Source: Camelus ferus (Eukaryota). From it: a DNA stretch of 64,000 nucleotides. The translations under genes were made by a program, and so were the position numbers. Each line of letters begins with the position of its first letter. The first letter of the stretch is position 1. The stretch covers positions 7,256,001 to 7,320,000 of the forward strand of contig NC_045697.1 of NCBI RefSeq assembly GCF_009834535.1, read 5' to 3'. Positions 37,401 through 49,911 of the stretch are shown one piece after another. The notes beneath the pieces were generated by a model, which saw only the letters and a list, made by a program, of their open reading frames with translations, searched no databases and was not told where the DNA came from.

Positions 37401-40400
37401 AAAATAATCCGAGTTTCAGTAGGGCCTTCTTGGCTTCAGTTTCTTAAGCAATTCAGAAATTCTGGGCCTCCAATACCTCCTAAGTAATTCGTGCACCATT
37501 TGCTGATTTTAAAGCTATTGAGTGATGTGGTGAAATAATGGATCGGAATCCAACTTGGGAACTTTAAATTGCTAAGAAAATCTTCATGTTTTATTAAGAG
37601 CATTTCATATTCATTTCAAAAAAAAAGCATAGATGTATTCCAGGGCAAACTGACTGATCACACTCCCATGATTTGTAGAAAATTGTAATAAAAGAATCAT
37701 GCCTTTTCTCAACAAAAGGAATTTGGAAAATTTCTAGTAGAGAATTTATCTAGATTTCATTGCTGTTGCAAATTAGGATGGTGGAAATAAAAGACACAAG
37801 AAATAGATGGTATACCATCAAAGCATGTGTGTTTGGATGAATATCTAACCAGGAATGTCTGGAAAAGCTGAAGAGCAAAGAAAATTGATGTCAGAAATTA
37901 AAGAATCCTTAGAATTCTAACGAACAAGCCTACTTTCTGAGATTCATTTCACTGTCAAGCAGCATGATGTCTTTATTAAATATATGCTGCAGTATCAAAG
38001 GAAAATGTCGCATCTTCTTTTTAAACCAGTGGAGGGTAAAAGGGATTCAAGTAGTCTTCATTTTCCTTCATTTTTCTGAAAGTGTAAATGCTTGTCCTTC
38101 AACCTGGGCATTGGGAAATCTTGTTTGGATTGCTCCTTCACATTTGTCTTGTCTCTCTCAAATTCTCCCAGGGATCCAGCGCTGAGAAGCGCAAGACTCA
38201 AAATCTGGTTCAGGGAGGTCATAGAGGGAAAGAAACACAAGATGTCCTGACCCTTTCCAGGCAAGAGCACACCTCTGAGAAAACAACCGCTCTGCTCAGT
38301 AAAGAAGAGACTAGTACCATGGAAATTGCCTTCTTTGAGACCATAAATTTTATAATCCACTCTAGGAAACAAGTGTCCTCCTCAAGCCTTCTCCACAACT
38401 TCAACCCCCTTCCATTTTGCCTATTGCTAACATTACTCATTGACCAATTCCATCCATCTCTCTAGGTTTAGATTCATGACCTCTAAAGGTCAAGGCTGAG
38501 TCCGTTCCTATTTCTGTTCATCTTCTTGAACAAGAAACATTAACATGCAACAGGGTATTGCTTGGTCTGGAGACATGACCCTTCTGGCTTAACTCACCTG
38601 TGTTTCAGGAAGGTCAATGAATTTATTGGACTCCAAAAAATGCTATTCTTAGGATTCCAGCACTACTGGCTCACTCTTCCCACTGGGTAGTCTGTTAACC
38701 TCCTCTGAGCTGTAGTTTTTTCATCTTTGAAGTTACAGGATGCCAATGTGCGCTCCCCGGAGTTCCCCTGGCTTTTAAAACTCTCTGGACACCATGTCCA
38801 GGGAGGAAGTTTCTACCAATCTTTTCCAACTCTGATTTCATAGTCCTAGGACTTGAATGGATGCTTCTAGCTTCACTTTGTGTGTTTCCTGAGCAATCTG
38901 GCTGTGCCTTTGATAATCATTACCTCTGCCTGTTAACTTGCTCTGAGCAAGTTCATCTACACTGACTGATTAGCTGGGAAAACTTCCAATATTGGGGTCA
39001 ACCAACAGATATAATTTTCTTACCCTCTTTTTATAAATGCAGACTGACACCTAGAAAGAAATTTTTTTTCCTTCAAAACACTTAACATACTATGGTGTAA
39101 CGAAATCATTTCTAGTTCTATAATATTTGTCTTCCCCATGGGGCTGCCAGAACCCTGAAAGCAATGCCCTACTTGTTTTGTTACCAGTCTCTGTGACCAA
39201 CCTCTAGAATATTCCTGGCCCACAGTAAATATTTATTAAATTAGTGAATGGATTGGCTACTATAAGGAGGACCACTAAGGCCTGCATCTTATAATAACCA
39301 ATGTCCATAAATTTAGATCTTTGTTATAGCCTCCAAATGAAATTACACACCCAGTAATGTATAAACTTACAGAATTGGGGACAAGAGAAGTTTCTCATAG
39401 AAATATAAAGTTTTGTCCTGTTTTCTGACCACTCCTGCTGTAGTGGCCTAGTGAAGAATTTTTATAAACCAAATCTTAGGATAATTATTATAGTGGTATT
39501 TTCTTCTATAAAAAGAGTCAATAATAAATAGAAATATTTTTGATAATTTGTTTATTTCATTTTTTTAATACATCCAGAGCATCAAGAAATTAAAGTTGCT
39601 TGAGTGTATCTCAACCTTGGAGAGACTATAATTGAATGAATGAATGTATGAATGAATGAAGTGGTTTGGTATCCCACGCAGAGCTGGGCTTCCTACCTGG
39701 GCCTCCTGACCCCTAATCCAGATTCTGAATGTCTTGGGAGCATGTGCCAAGGCGCTGTCATCTCTGAAGCCTTGTGCTGGGCTTTCTCTGTATGACTCAC
39801 TGCCTCGCCCTTCTTACCTTGGATACCGTCCTAATCGTTAGGCAGGTTTCAGCTGAGACGCAGCCTTCCCCAGGAACCCCTCCCTGGTGCACCTTTCCGT
39901 CATTCTGGCTTGTGAGCTTCCTGAAGACAGGGACCTTGCCTGGGTTGACCATTCCTTTATCGCAGTCTCTGACACGGTGAATATATGCAGGAAAAGTTCT
40001 CAAGATGTTGACTTAATTCTGTGCAACCAACTAACCATGTATAGAGCTGGCCGTGATCAGTGCTTGTTGAAAGTGGTCTAGTTTGCAACCATTTCTCTGC
40101 CTGGGGATCTGCTGTACTTCTTCTCCTAGGCTGCTGTCAGTACCCACAGTGAGAAGAGAAGCAAGTAATCAAAATAAATTAACCCTCCCTCTAGGCCAAC
40201 TGTGTTATTCTGGACACAGTGACAAAATGTATGGAAAAGTTTTTCTGACTTTAATGCATTTAACTGGATGTGAGCTCTGTGACTCCACAGTTGGATTATC
40301 AGTCTTATGCCCTAGAACTTCTTATTGCCTGTGCTCACTTTTCTTATTAGCACTTGTACTGATGGCCGAGATTACTCAGGCCAGACTGTGACATGCCCAC

Positions 40401-40489
40401 TGTTGCCTTCCCATCATTTAATGGCCTTCCATTTAGACGTCTGTTGGTTCTTTACCCAAGATTGCAGAATACACTCATGTGGTTAATCA

Positions 40490-40615
40490 ATACTTAATTC
40501 AACAAATATTTATTGAGTACCTACTTTGCACTAAGCACTATTTTAATGCTGGTGCTATAGCAGCCAACAAGGCAAAAAAAAAGAATCCTTGCCTTCATGA
40601 TGCTTATATTTTAGT
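40490..40615 (-). mobile_element. L2 3' end
   Basis: attcaacaaatatttattgagtacctact..aagcactat..ccttgccttcatgatgcttatattttagtg. Confidence 0.8.
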
Positions 40616-40673
40616 GCATTATTTTCAATTTTAATATTTTGTAAAAATGCTTGCAATTAGTTATTACAATTAA

Positions 40674-41215
40674 TGTAGCAGACATCATTGGTGCATTTTT
40701 GCTACCCTTGTTTTTATTTTAACAGAAAAAAGTCCCAATTTTTGTCAGGTAGGAGGTAGTCTTCTGTGCGTCCTCCTCAGCCCCAGGGAGTGAATCAGGA
40801 TTGGACTCAGCCTGGCCTTGTTGATTCCATCTCTCTGGCAAGTGATTGGTTTAGAAAAGCACATGTCACACAACTCTGGCCAGTGGTTCAATAAGAAGAG
40901 TTGTGCTGGGAGGGTCTGGCAAAGCTTGTCTATTTCTTAAAATGGGACATGAGGCCTGGATGCTTGTGTTTCCTCATTGAGGCATTGTCATTCCATGTGA
41001 CGTCTGGTACTGGAACAGCCATCCTGGGACAAGGAGGACAAGCCACACTGAAGAGAAGGAAAAAAGGAATCTATACTCCTGGTGATGACACTTGACTGCT
41101 AACTTTATTGAACCTGGGGCTCCCACACTGCCAACTTGTTGCTTTGTGAGAGCACATAACTTTCCCCATTTTTCAGCTGGCTTTCTGTAGCTTACAGCCA
41201 AAACGGACTTCATGC
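40674..41215 (+). mobile_element. MLT1J/K-type MaLR LTR
   Basis: tgtagcagaca start, agtgattggtttag..acatgtcacacaactctggccagtg, ggaacagccatcctg, ttacagccaaa near the end. Confidence 0.8.
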
Positions 41216-41262
41216 TGTGGTTGGTAATAAAGTATTTTTACTGTGCCCAGGATAGCATAACA

Positions 41263-41485
41263 CAGAGGTCAGAAACCTTTTTCTGTAAAGGGACACACAG
41301 TAGAGACTTTTGGCTTTGTGGATCTTATGGTCTCTCTCACATCTATTCAACTGCGCTGCTGTAGCTGGAAAGCAACCAGAGATCACATGCAAATAGACAG
41401 GCGTGACTGTGTTCCAATAAACTTTATTTACAGAAACAAGACCTGGGATGGATATGTCTAGTAGACAATAGCTTCCGAACCACTG
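41263..41485 (-). mobile_element. MER58A DNA transposon, full length
   Basis: cagaggtcagaaacctttttctgtaaaggg...gcgtgactgtgttccaataaactttatttacagaaacaag...ccgaaccactg; degenerate TSD gcataaca/gtataatg. Confidence 0.9.
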
Positions 41486-41970
41486 GTATAATGCAAAGCC
41501 CATGGATATTGGAGTTACACAAAGTTTGTCTGAAACCTCATTTCTGTTATTTTTGCTATTTTATGGTACACATTTAAGCATATGAAGTGTACGTATTTAG
41601 TTGTTTATATTATTCATCTTTCCCATCAACATGTGAGATCCATAAGGAAATGGTCTTTCTTCTCTTATCCACTGCTGTAGCCCAATGCCTAAAAGAGTGT
41701 TAAATGACTTCATCTGTGTATGTGTGGTTGGAAGTTTTAGTTATGTTACTGTTTCTGCACTAGGAGAGTGACTGCATCATATACTTGTCATTGTAGCACC
41801 TTAATAGGCACATTTCACACAGAAGACACTCCCTCTCCACGCAAGTTAATTGGTTGCAGAATTAATGCAGTTTCCTTTAGCCTACTGCCGCAATTTTCAA
41901 AATCCCAACCATCTGCCATTTGGGTCAATGCTATTGGTGATGACATTGACTGTTCTAGTACTTGGTTATA

Positions 41971-42005
41971 TGCGTGTGTGTGTGTATGTGTGTGTGTGTT
42001 TGTGT
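41971..42005. repeat. Imperfect (TG)n microsatellite
   Basis: Direct tandem repeat. Confidence 0.85.
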
Positions 42006-42006
42006 A

Positions 42007-42241
42007 CAGTTGACTTTTGTACAGTGCAGTGGGTTAGGGGTGCCAACAACCCTACACAGTGAGAAATCATCACTTAACTTTGTAGTCAGCCCTCCAGATC
42101 CACTGTTCTGTGTCTGTCTCTCCATATCCACAAATTCAACCAACCGATCATGCAGAAAGTCAATACAATATCTACTGAAAAAAAAATCCACATATAAGTG
42201 GACCCATGCAGTTCAAACCAATGCTATTCCAGGGTCAACTG
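42007..42241. mobile_element. Tigger2-derived non-autonomous DNA transposon
   Basis: TIRs CAGTTGAC...GTCAACTG preceded by TA; gggttaggggtgccaac and ataagtggacccatgcagttcaaacc are Tigger2 subterminal motifs. Confidence 0.85.
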
Positions 42242-43199
42242 TGAATATGATATACCTTATATAATGTACATGTAGGTATCTGTCTTGGAGACAAGGAACA
42301 ATTTTGTGATTCCTGTATTGCACACAGTGTTCAAACTGCCTGAAACTGAGTAAGTATCTACTGAAGGTGAGTTTATTGTCCTGTTTAGCAATGGGCCGAT
42401 ACATTTAATTAACCCATAAATCAAAAGGTTAATTCAAAGGAAAGAGATGTTAATTGAGCACCTGCTGTGAGCACAGACTTCTACTTACGGACGTGTTAAA
42501 TCTCTCACAGCCTCTTCCTGAGGGATGCTGGTTAATAGCCTTCACCCACAGAGAGATGGAATCTCTTAGAGGTTAAGTCATTTACTACAGGTTGTATCCA
42601 GACCCTGGCCTTTCTCTCTAAAGCAGGTGTTTGCAGTAAAATATACTTAGTGATTACCAAGTGAACTTTATAAGACCTGAGTTTCAAGAAAATATTCATA
42701 AAAACTGTTTTTCTATGCTTCTTTCCTTGTTCATCTCTTTACTCAGGGTGGAGGGGTTGGTTAGAACTCCTTACTTACTTCCAGCCCATCATTGCATGGT
42801 GTTTCTCATCAGCTCTTTGATAGACCTCAGATGGAAAGCAGGATTTACAAACTCCCATTTTTTTAATGAGTGAACAAGCCAACCAGGAAACTCACTAGCT
42901 AAAATTAAGTATGGTCGGAATAGAGAAAGAACTCATAAAAAACTCTTTTGTAGAGCAAAGCAAGGTCGATGACTTTCCAAGTACAAGTTCTTGGTTACAG
43001 AACAGTTTCTAATTCTAGCTCTTTGCTGTGGGTTCTGTGGACAGAATGAGAGAATTCAGAACGTTCGACTTACACCTGGACGATGGGAGGAAATTGATGA
43101 TACAGGTGCCCACTCAGACCCGGGCACTGGTGTAAGATTTGATTCACATGAAGCCATCCAAGCAGCCATACCCCGTGCCCGCCTCAGGATCTGAGCTGT

Positions 43200-44540
43200 C
43201 CCTGACTCTATCACAGGCCAGGCTTACGACCTGTGCCCTGGGATCCACCTGCTCTTGCTAGTCCAGGGCTTACCCGCATCCCTCCCACTGAATTTGTCTC
43301 CTTCATTATGATTTGTTTTTGTTTAATGAAATATCAATATATTCAATATCTCCCATCTCGAGAAGTCAAGTAGTCCCTAAACAATCTCTGCCTCATAACC
43401 TTCAACCACTGCCCTGCTTTTCTGCTTTGTCTTATAGCAAAGGTCTTCAACATATTTATTGGTTGAATTCATTTTCTCGCTTCCTGGTCCCTTCTTATCT
43501 TTCCAACACTGTTGTCTGAAGCCGCTCTTGCAAAGGTCATTAACAATCTCCTTCCTGCCAGATCCAAAGGTCAGTTTGTAACCAGCTCTCTTTGGAGTCA
43601 GCCACTCAGCCAGACTTTCTTTAAAATATTCTTCACTTGGCCATCAGGATCCTGTATTCTCTTGCTTCTCCCCCTCTTCCAGGGGCCACTTTTCTGTCCT
43701 CTTTGCATGGCCAGTCCTCCTTTCTATCTAGATTTTCTCCCTGGGAGAGCTTATCCAAGCCTACAGCTTTATAGACCTTCTGTGTGCCAATGACTTGAAT
43801 ACTGACCTCTTCCTTGGACCTCAGGTTCAACATCCCCCCTTGACCTCCAGTCGGCTTGTCAACCTTACCTTGCACAAAATAAATGTATATCTTAAATAAA
43901 ACTCTTGATTCCTACATTCCAAAATTTCTCTTCCTCTAATCTTCATCTTGGTAAACACCAACATCATCCCCTCAATTTCTCTTCTCTTTTCCACACTTCT
44001 TACTATCAATCCATTTGCAAATTTTGTTGGTTTAAAAGTTAAAATTCAAAGCAAATTTGAGCATTTCCTCACCTCTTTTTCTAACACTCAGGTCACTCAA
44101 TTCCCTCCAGTCTGTCAAGATTTATCCCAGCCTAAGGAACTTTGCAGTTTCTCTTGGTTCTTGAATTCTAATCATGCTGACCTCCACAGAGCTCAGTGCC
44201 CTTGCCTCATTCAAAGATTTCACATCTTTAGAGACCTCTTCTGACAGCCATTTCTAAAACAACTTCCTCCGGTGTGGACCTCCTGTCACTCTAGTTTATT
44301 TTTCTTCCTAGCACTTAACATCCATCTGAAATTATATGGTATATTTATTTATTTACTTACTTACTTTCTGTCGTCTGTGTCTCCTAGTAGGAGGTAAGGT
44401 CTGTAAGAATAGGGACCTTGCTTTTGTTGGATTGTGTATTCTTTATATGGGATTTTACATAATCGTGTGCAGGTTTCTTTTGCCAGTGCCTAAAAATGGA
44501 CCTGGCATATGTTAGATACTCAATAAATATTAGTTGAATC
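43200..44540 (+). mobile_element. L2 LINE, long degraded copy
   Basis: gctcttgcaaaggtcattaacaatctcc..gccagatccaaaggtcagtt, tcctagcactt; 3' end actcaataaatattagttgaat. Confidence 0.8.
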
Positions 44541-45330
44541 TCTAATTTTTTGGCACGTTGCATGTTGCCAGTGAAATATCTAAGCTGTTCTTTCATATAA
44601 GCATTGTATAATGATAATAATTAACCTTTATTCCTTGCTTAGAGTACATCAGGCCTTTCGCTAAGGACTTTGATCAGCATTGTCTGAGATGTCAGGAGAG
44701 ACTGTCCTCCTCCAGAGAGGGGTGACACCACCCTGGTCAAAGGGAATGGGGATGGTATGCTGTGTTACTTCTTCCACCCCATACTGTTGATACAGGAAAG
44801 CCCTTTGGAGCCTTCCGTGGCCAGCCCGGCATTACGGGCTCTGTCTGTGCACCTCAAGCAGCTGAGAGGCTGACACACCCATCCTGCTGATGCTGAGCGG
44901 TTGGTCTGCAGCCCAGGTTGCCTGCCGCCTGGCCTGCACCAGGTGCTCAGCTCAGGTGCTCTCTGTCCCTGCTGTCGGGACTGGAGGTCCTTCCCAGGGT
45001 CTCTCCCAGTGAGCAGGATCAGCTCAGAGAGCTGGTGCCCACGTTCAGGGGCAAATGTGTTCCACTGGTTGAGAATTCAGCAGCAAGTTTCCGAAGGTGG
45101 CATGGACGGCTGCAGTCTTTGTTTAACCTGCCCCCTAAGCGGACAGGTGCTTTCACACGTATTACTTCAGTAATCTTACCTTGACCTCGCATCATCCTTA
45201 TGAAGTGGGTGTGAGTGTTTTGATTCACAGATGAAAGACACTGTGACATGTTCAGGGCCATGAAGTGACAGTGGTGGAAGTCGATTCTCAAGTATCAGTC
45301 CCTGGCTTCATCTCTCCTTCCCCTCAGTGG

Positions 45331-45382
45331 GCACACACACACACACACACGCACACACACGGGCACATACACATACACACAC
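45331..45382. repeat. Imperfect (CA)n microsatellite
   Basis: Direct tandem repeat; encodes the HT-repeat in ORF 45265..45843. Confidence 0.9.
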
Positions 45383-45589
45383 AGCATGTGCACTTTTCTC
45401 TAGCTGTAATGAAAATTGTGAAGGTCTTTAAACTCCCCATGCCTACCTCAGATCTGGGTATTCACCTTTCTCTCATTTTCTCTCCTGGGCAAACTAGCCC
45501 TCCTCTCAAGCTTTCTGTCCCTGGCACCTTCTCTGACCCCCAGGATTTCTTTGTTCCCAGAGAACCTTGCATTTGCACTATTATAACCC

Positions 45590-46020
45590 TATCAGTCAGA
45601 TCTCTTTTTGATGTAAAAGATGGAAATCCAATTCCAACTGGTTTAGTAGAAAAGTTCTGGGGTTCTCTGGCTTCAGGCATTGCTGGATCCAGGGGCTCAA
45701 ATTATAGTATAAGATTCTTCCTTTCTCTCTCTCTGGCAACACTTCTCTCTGTTCATTGGCTCCCTAATCAGACAGGCTCTCTCTCTGGGTGGAAGGAAAG
45801 AGGGCAACTGGAAGTCCTGGGTCTCTGCAACTTATTGTCCTAGAGACAACTTACTGTCTCAATAGATTCAGAAGAAAAGCAATATATGAATGCATAAGCC
45901 AACCATGTTCTGGTTCTTCCTCTTCCTGTGTGAGCAGGGGGGCAGAGCAGACCCACCCAAACTTCATGGAATGGTAAACATTACAGGAAAGAAATACTGA
46001 GCAACTGTAAATGCCCACAA
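45590..46020 (-). mobile_element. MLT1K/L-type MaLR LTR
   Basis: gatggaaatccaattccaactggtttag, tggcttcaggcattgctggatccaggggctcaaa. Confidence 0.75.
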
Positions 46021-47446
46021 TATTCATCTCACATCTTTGTTGTTTTCTTTTGTTTTAAGTCTATTTTCTTCACATTTTCTATACTAGTTCCATCAAGGAA
46101 AGGGTCCTGCCCACCCCTATATGGCAGATCCCAAGCACGCTGCCTGACACACATTGGATAATTAATAAATATTCCAAAATGAAGAAATTAAACCAATTAT
46201 GACAGTGTATCAAGTTGTTTTTTTTTCTTAATTACAAGACTCCTGAACTGTGCTGACGTAACAGAAGCTGGGTCTCTGACTCTCGAGATCCGGCTGCCAA
46301 GCCAGCTCTACATCCCCTGCTCTCTTGGGAAGTTGCCTGACGCCCAGTATTAGACCCACTTGTTGAGACTTGCTCCAGGCACCTAATGCTAATCTAATTA
46401 TCTCTATCCACCTGCCCAACCAGGCTTCCTCTGACTGCTTCTTCTGAAAGCTGGAGCCACCGCCTACTTTGACCCATTGTGTCTGTCCTCATCTCTAGGT
46501 CTTAGGACAGAAGACAAGAACAAAGAAAAACAAAAATAATAGAAAACACTAATACTCATATATCCCTGATAGCTTACAAAGAACTTTTCTACAAACAACT
46601 TCTTTTTAATACTTACTGTAAATATCTGGGTTTTATTACCAGTTCAGAGATGAGGAAACTGAGACTAAGCTATCTTATTATCAATCCAGTTCATGCCTTG
46701 GCCAGTAATTCTGCGTCTATTCATAGGCAGCCTATGACATGTCCAGAGTAGAAAGATCTAAATGAAATTTAATGATTAGAGGAAAACATCCTAAGCCCTT
46801 TCATAACAACCATCTGGTGAGGCAAACAGTGTTTATTTATTCAAGCTAATGAAATTGAGACATACAGAGATGGGAGCTGCCCAAGGGACAGGCCAGAGCC
46901 CAGCCTTGGCTTTCAACTATAATTTGCCAAGCTGCTCTCCTGGAGTTTCGATGGCCCAAGGTCTGTCTCTTCTGTGACTGGACTTATTGCCCCCTCATGT
47001 CCTGGTCGTTATCTTCAGCTTATTCCATACCCTTTTCATTTCAGGGATGTGTTTCGATGACATGGAGGTGACCTCAACTGTAGATGAAGTGTGACTGACA
47101 CATTCTCCAGATATCTCAAGATGACTTAGCTGGTGGCTCACTGAGAACACAGCATGCTGGTTCCATGTGTCAGGAGGGCTTGTGCCTGAGGCAACAAGCC
47201 TCAGCTTGCCAAGGCTGGCATACAGGTGGCCATGTGTGTCTTAGACCTGTAGGCCTTTTGTCAGTGGTGGGTTTCCCTCCATCAGAGTCCTGGGAAGACC
47301 CTAGAGCATCTTCAAGGTGAGCAATAGAAATATGCTTCTCAGAATCACAGTTCCTGGGTAGGGGCTAAAGCCCAGGCAATGCATCTTCTGGAGTACACCA
47401 TGATTACAGAAAACGCAAGAACGTTTAAGACACTTACCCATAGTCT

Positions 47447-47914
47447 TGTGAATGAAAACTTCTGCCAGCCATATCGGAAACAAAGGATGCTGTGGCCATC
47501 AAGTCATTAGCCACTACCGCCACCCCGACAGTGAGCTCAGGATGGAGACAAGCAGGCAGCCGGGCTTCTGCAGCCACCCCCAACCGTGCCCCTGAGGGAA
47601 CTCAGGGTGATCAAGAGCAGGAGACTGGCTCAGGCCGCTAGGTGCATATCAAAGGAATGATTTTAATGAGTCCAGATTTTGCACCTTCCCATACATAGAA
47701 AAGCGCTAGACTCCTGAACTTGAGATATCTGGTTTTCTTTAATTGACAGTAATCTTTTGATGTTCTTACTGCCTGGTCTTTGTTGCAAAAATTCCTATGT
47801 ATCCCGCCTCCTCCCTTGCTGCTTCGTTCAGTCCCTTAGAGCTTGAGTCCTCAGAAAGTGCACCGGATAAAACCTAACTCTCAACTTTTAGGTTGCATAT
47901 TTTTTCAGTCAATA
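47447..47914 (+). mobile_element. Lineage-specific ERV1-type solo LTR inserted into a MIR
   Basis: TG start, 4-bp TSD gtct (47443-47446 and 47915-47918), U5-like taactctcaacttttaggttg..cagtcaata; the flanks rejoin into a MIR core. Confidence 0.85.
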
Positions 47915-48239
47915 GTCTTACATCTATGAAGTGGCAGAGCAAGGGTTCAAACCCAAATCTTTCCAACTCTCAAATCTCTGTTTCTGTCCTTACGCAATGC
48001 ATATTAACCCGAGAATTTTGGGGAAAGGAAAACCACACAGAGAACCCAGTGATTCCCTTATTAAACACTTCTTATATCCACTGAAAAGCTTGAGTTGGTG
48101 GCCTGGGCTGTGTGAAGCCACATCTGCCCAGGGCAGTTGAGGGAGGGGGTGATCAGCCCTGCTATTGTTTCCTTGAACAGCCTTAGGATAAATGCAGATA
48201 TCATTCCTTGTGGTCAGAACAACGTCAGCTATTTTTCTA

Positions 48240-48660
48240 AGAAGGACCAGTTGACCCTGCGGCCTGTAATTTCCTGACTCTCAAGCCAGCGGGTCTGGGC
48301 CATTCAGGCAAGCCCCAGGTGGCCCCGGGGTAAAAGGACTGATGCCCGCCTGCTTGGATTCATGTCCGTCCAGAAAGGAATTGGGAAAATGCGGGTGCCA
48401 AGAATCAAGGAAGAGGCGGAAAAAGCCTTCCGTGTTCAGAGTGTTTTCCATATCACATTGGTTATTCAGTCCACGGGAACGTGCTGTTGGCCGGGTGCAT
48501 GTGCGGAGAGCGGGGCTGGGGTGAGGGGAAGTGCACCAGTGGTTTAGAGAAACAGGATCTGCCTCACGTTTGTGTTCAGGAGAGGTGGGGCGGGTTCTCA
48601 AGAGCGTATCTGGCCTGGGGTCAGAAAGTCACAGAGTTTCAAGTGTTTGCCTCTTCCACG
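48240..48660. promoter_or_regulatory. CpG-enriched promoter/enhancer-like patch
   Basis: About 17 CpG in 420 bp by hand count, well above the surroundings; GC box GGGGCGGG at 48587-48594; no recognisable repeat. Confidence 0.4.
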
Positions 48661-49049
48661 AAGACTCTGAACTTCAAATTCCTGATGGGAATGCCTGGAG
48701 ACAGGGCATTGTCTTAGACAATGGAGATAAAAATACATTTTCAGGATCACTGGATGATGAAACAGAAAAACAATGTGAGAGATCCTTGTTACTTCCGCCA
48801 ATGAATAGAAAACTCAAGGACCCACTGGGAAAACAAGATCAACCGCCTTGAAATCAGAAAGAACAGCTTAAGATGCTATTTAATTTGGACGAAGCCATGT
48901 GGCATAAACTCCTGGCCCTACAGAAAGATGGAGATAAAAGACAGGGCTCAAAACAGCTAAAAAAAAGTCGAGAAAACTTCAGGGCAAAGGTGAGACTTGA
49001 GGAAGAAGAGAAGGAACCTGATGAGTATACTTTCAGTAACTGGTATTGA
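48525..49049 (+). pseudogene. Candidate disrupted coding region (one in-frame TGA at 48849-48851), product unknown
   Basis: ORF 48531..48851 continues in frame for 65 more codons (NQKEQLKMLFNLDEAMWHKLLALQKDGDKRQGSKQLKKSRENFRAKVRLEEEEKEPDEYTFSNWY); purine-rich, charged, non-repeat. Confidence 0.35.
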
Positions 49050-49194
49050 GTAAACTTCTGCAGCATGCATGCATAAATCCTAGAATCCTCATAAAACATG
49101 TGCAGTGAGTTTCGTTGTACTTAACCTTGTGGCCACAGGTTCAGAGAGGTAAAGACTAGTTTTCTTTCTTTCTTTCTTTCTTTTTTTTTTTGCA

Positions 49195-49525
49195 GTGAGA
49201 GTCACAGATCTTTCATCAGAATCATTTGGGGTGCTTGCTAAACAGAAACTCCTGAATCCTCCTGCAAGCCTACTGAATCAGAATCTTTCGGGATGCAACC
49301 AGGAATTTGCATCTCTTTAAGTCTCCTGAGTGATGCTTACACATAATATAGTTGGAGAACGACTGTTTGAATTATTTCCTTCACATTGAGAATCACCTGA
49401 GTACCTTGAAACATACTCATGCGTGCGTCCTACTCTCAGAGACGATGGTTAAATTATCATTAAATCACACAGTCTGGGCATCGGGATTTATAAAGGCTCT
49501 AACAGGATGTTCAATAATTAGCCTG
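49195..49525. mobile_element. MER5-family hAT-Charlie elements (two adjacent fragments)
   Basis: catcagaatcatttggggtgcttgctaaa..cctactgaatcagaatct..ccaggaatttgcat; second fragment cacattgagaatcacctg..tctgggcatcgggattt. Confidence 0.75.
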
Positions 49526-49589
49526 ATTTGAAACTTTCACGGAGGGTCCACTTACATCTGTGATAGTTATGACTCCAGCAAGACAATGT

Positions 49590-49730
49590 TACTGAAAAAA
49601 ATATATAGTATATTCAGTTATATTTGAATTTCAGATTAAAAAATGATTCTTTTTTTGCAACTTGTCTGTTGCAATTATTGCATTGAACATATTCATATTC
49701 AAAAATTATTTGGCAAATTTGGCAACTGTT
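49590..49730. mobile_element. MER53-like hAT MITE fragment
   Basis: cagttatatttgaatttcagat..aaaaattatt..tggcaact. Confidence 0.6.
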
Positions 49731-49911
49731 AAGTCCAGGGTTGGTGTCTCTAATGCCAAAATTCACAGTTTTTTGGCTATACTGTGGTGTTTCTCTTTCT
49801 TACTTCTGTAGGATCTGTGAAGTTTGAATAGGGCACACTCATCACTAAAATCATCATCCACAGACATCTCCCAGTAAAAGTAAATTAATAGCAATATACA
49901 AATACTGCTTG

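Noticed and set aside
45265..45843. 192-aa ORF
   Set aside because: Runs through a CA microsatellite and an antisense MLT1 LTR; non-ATG start
46217..46455. Poly-T followed by unique sequence as a possible retrocopy
   Set aside because: No TSD, no canonical poly(A) signal at the expected distance and no recognisable parent
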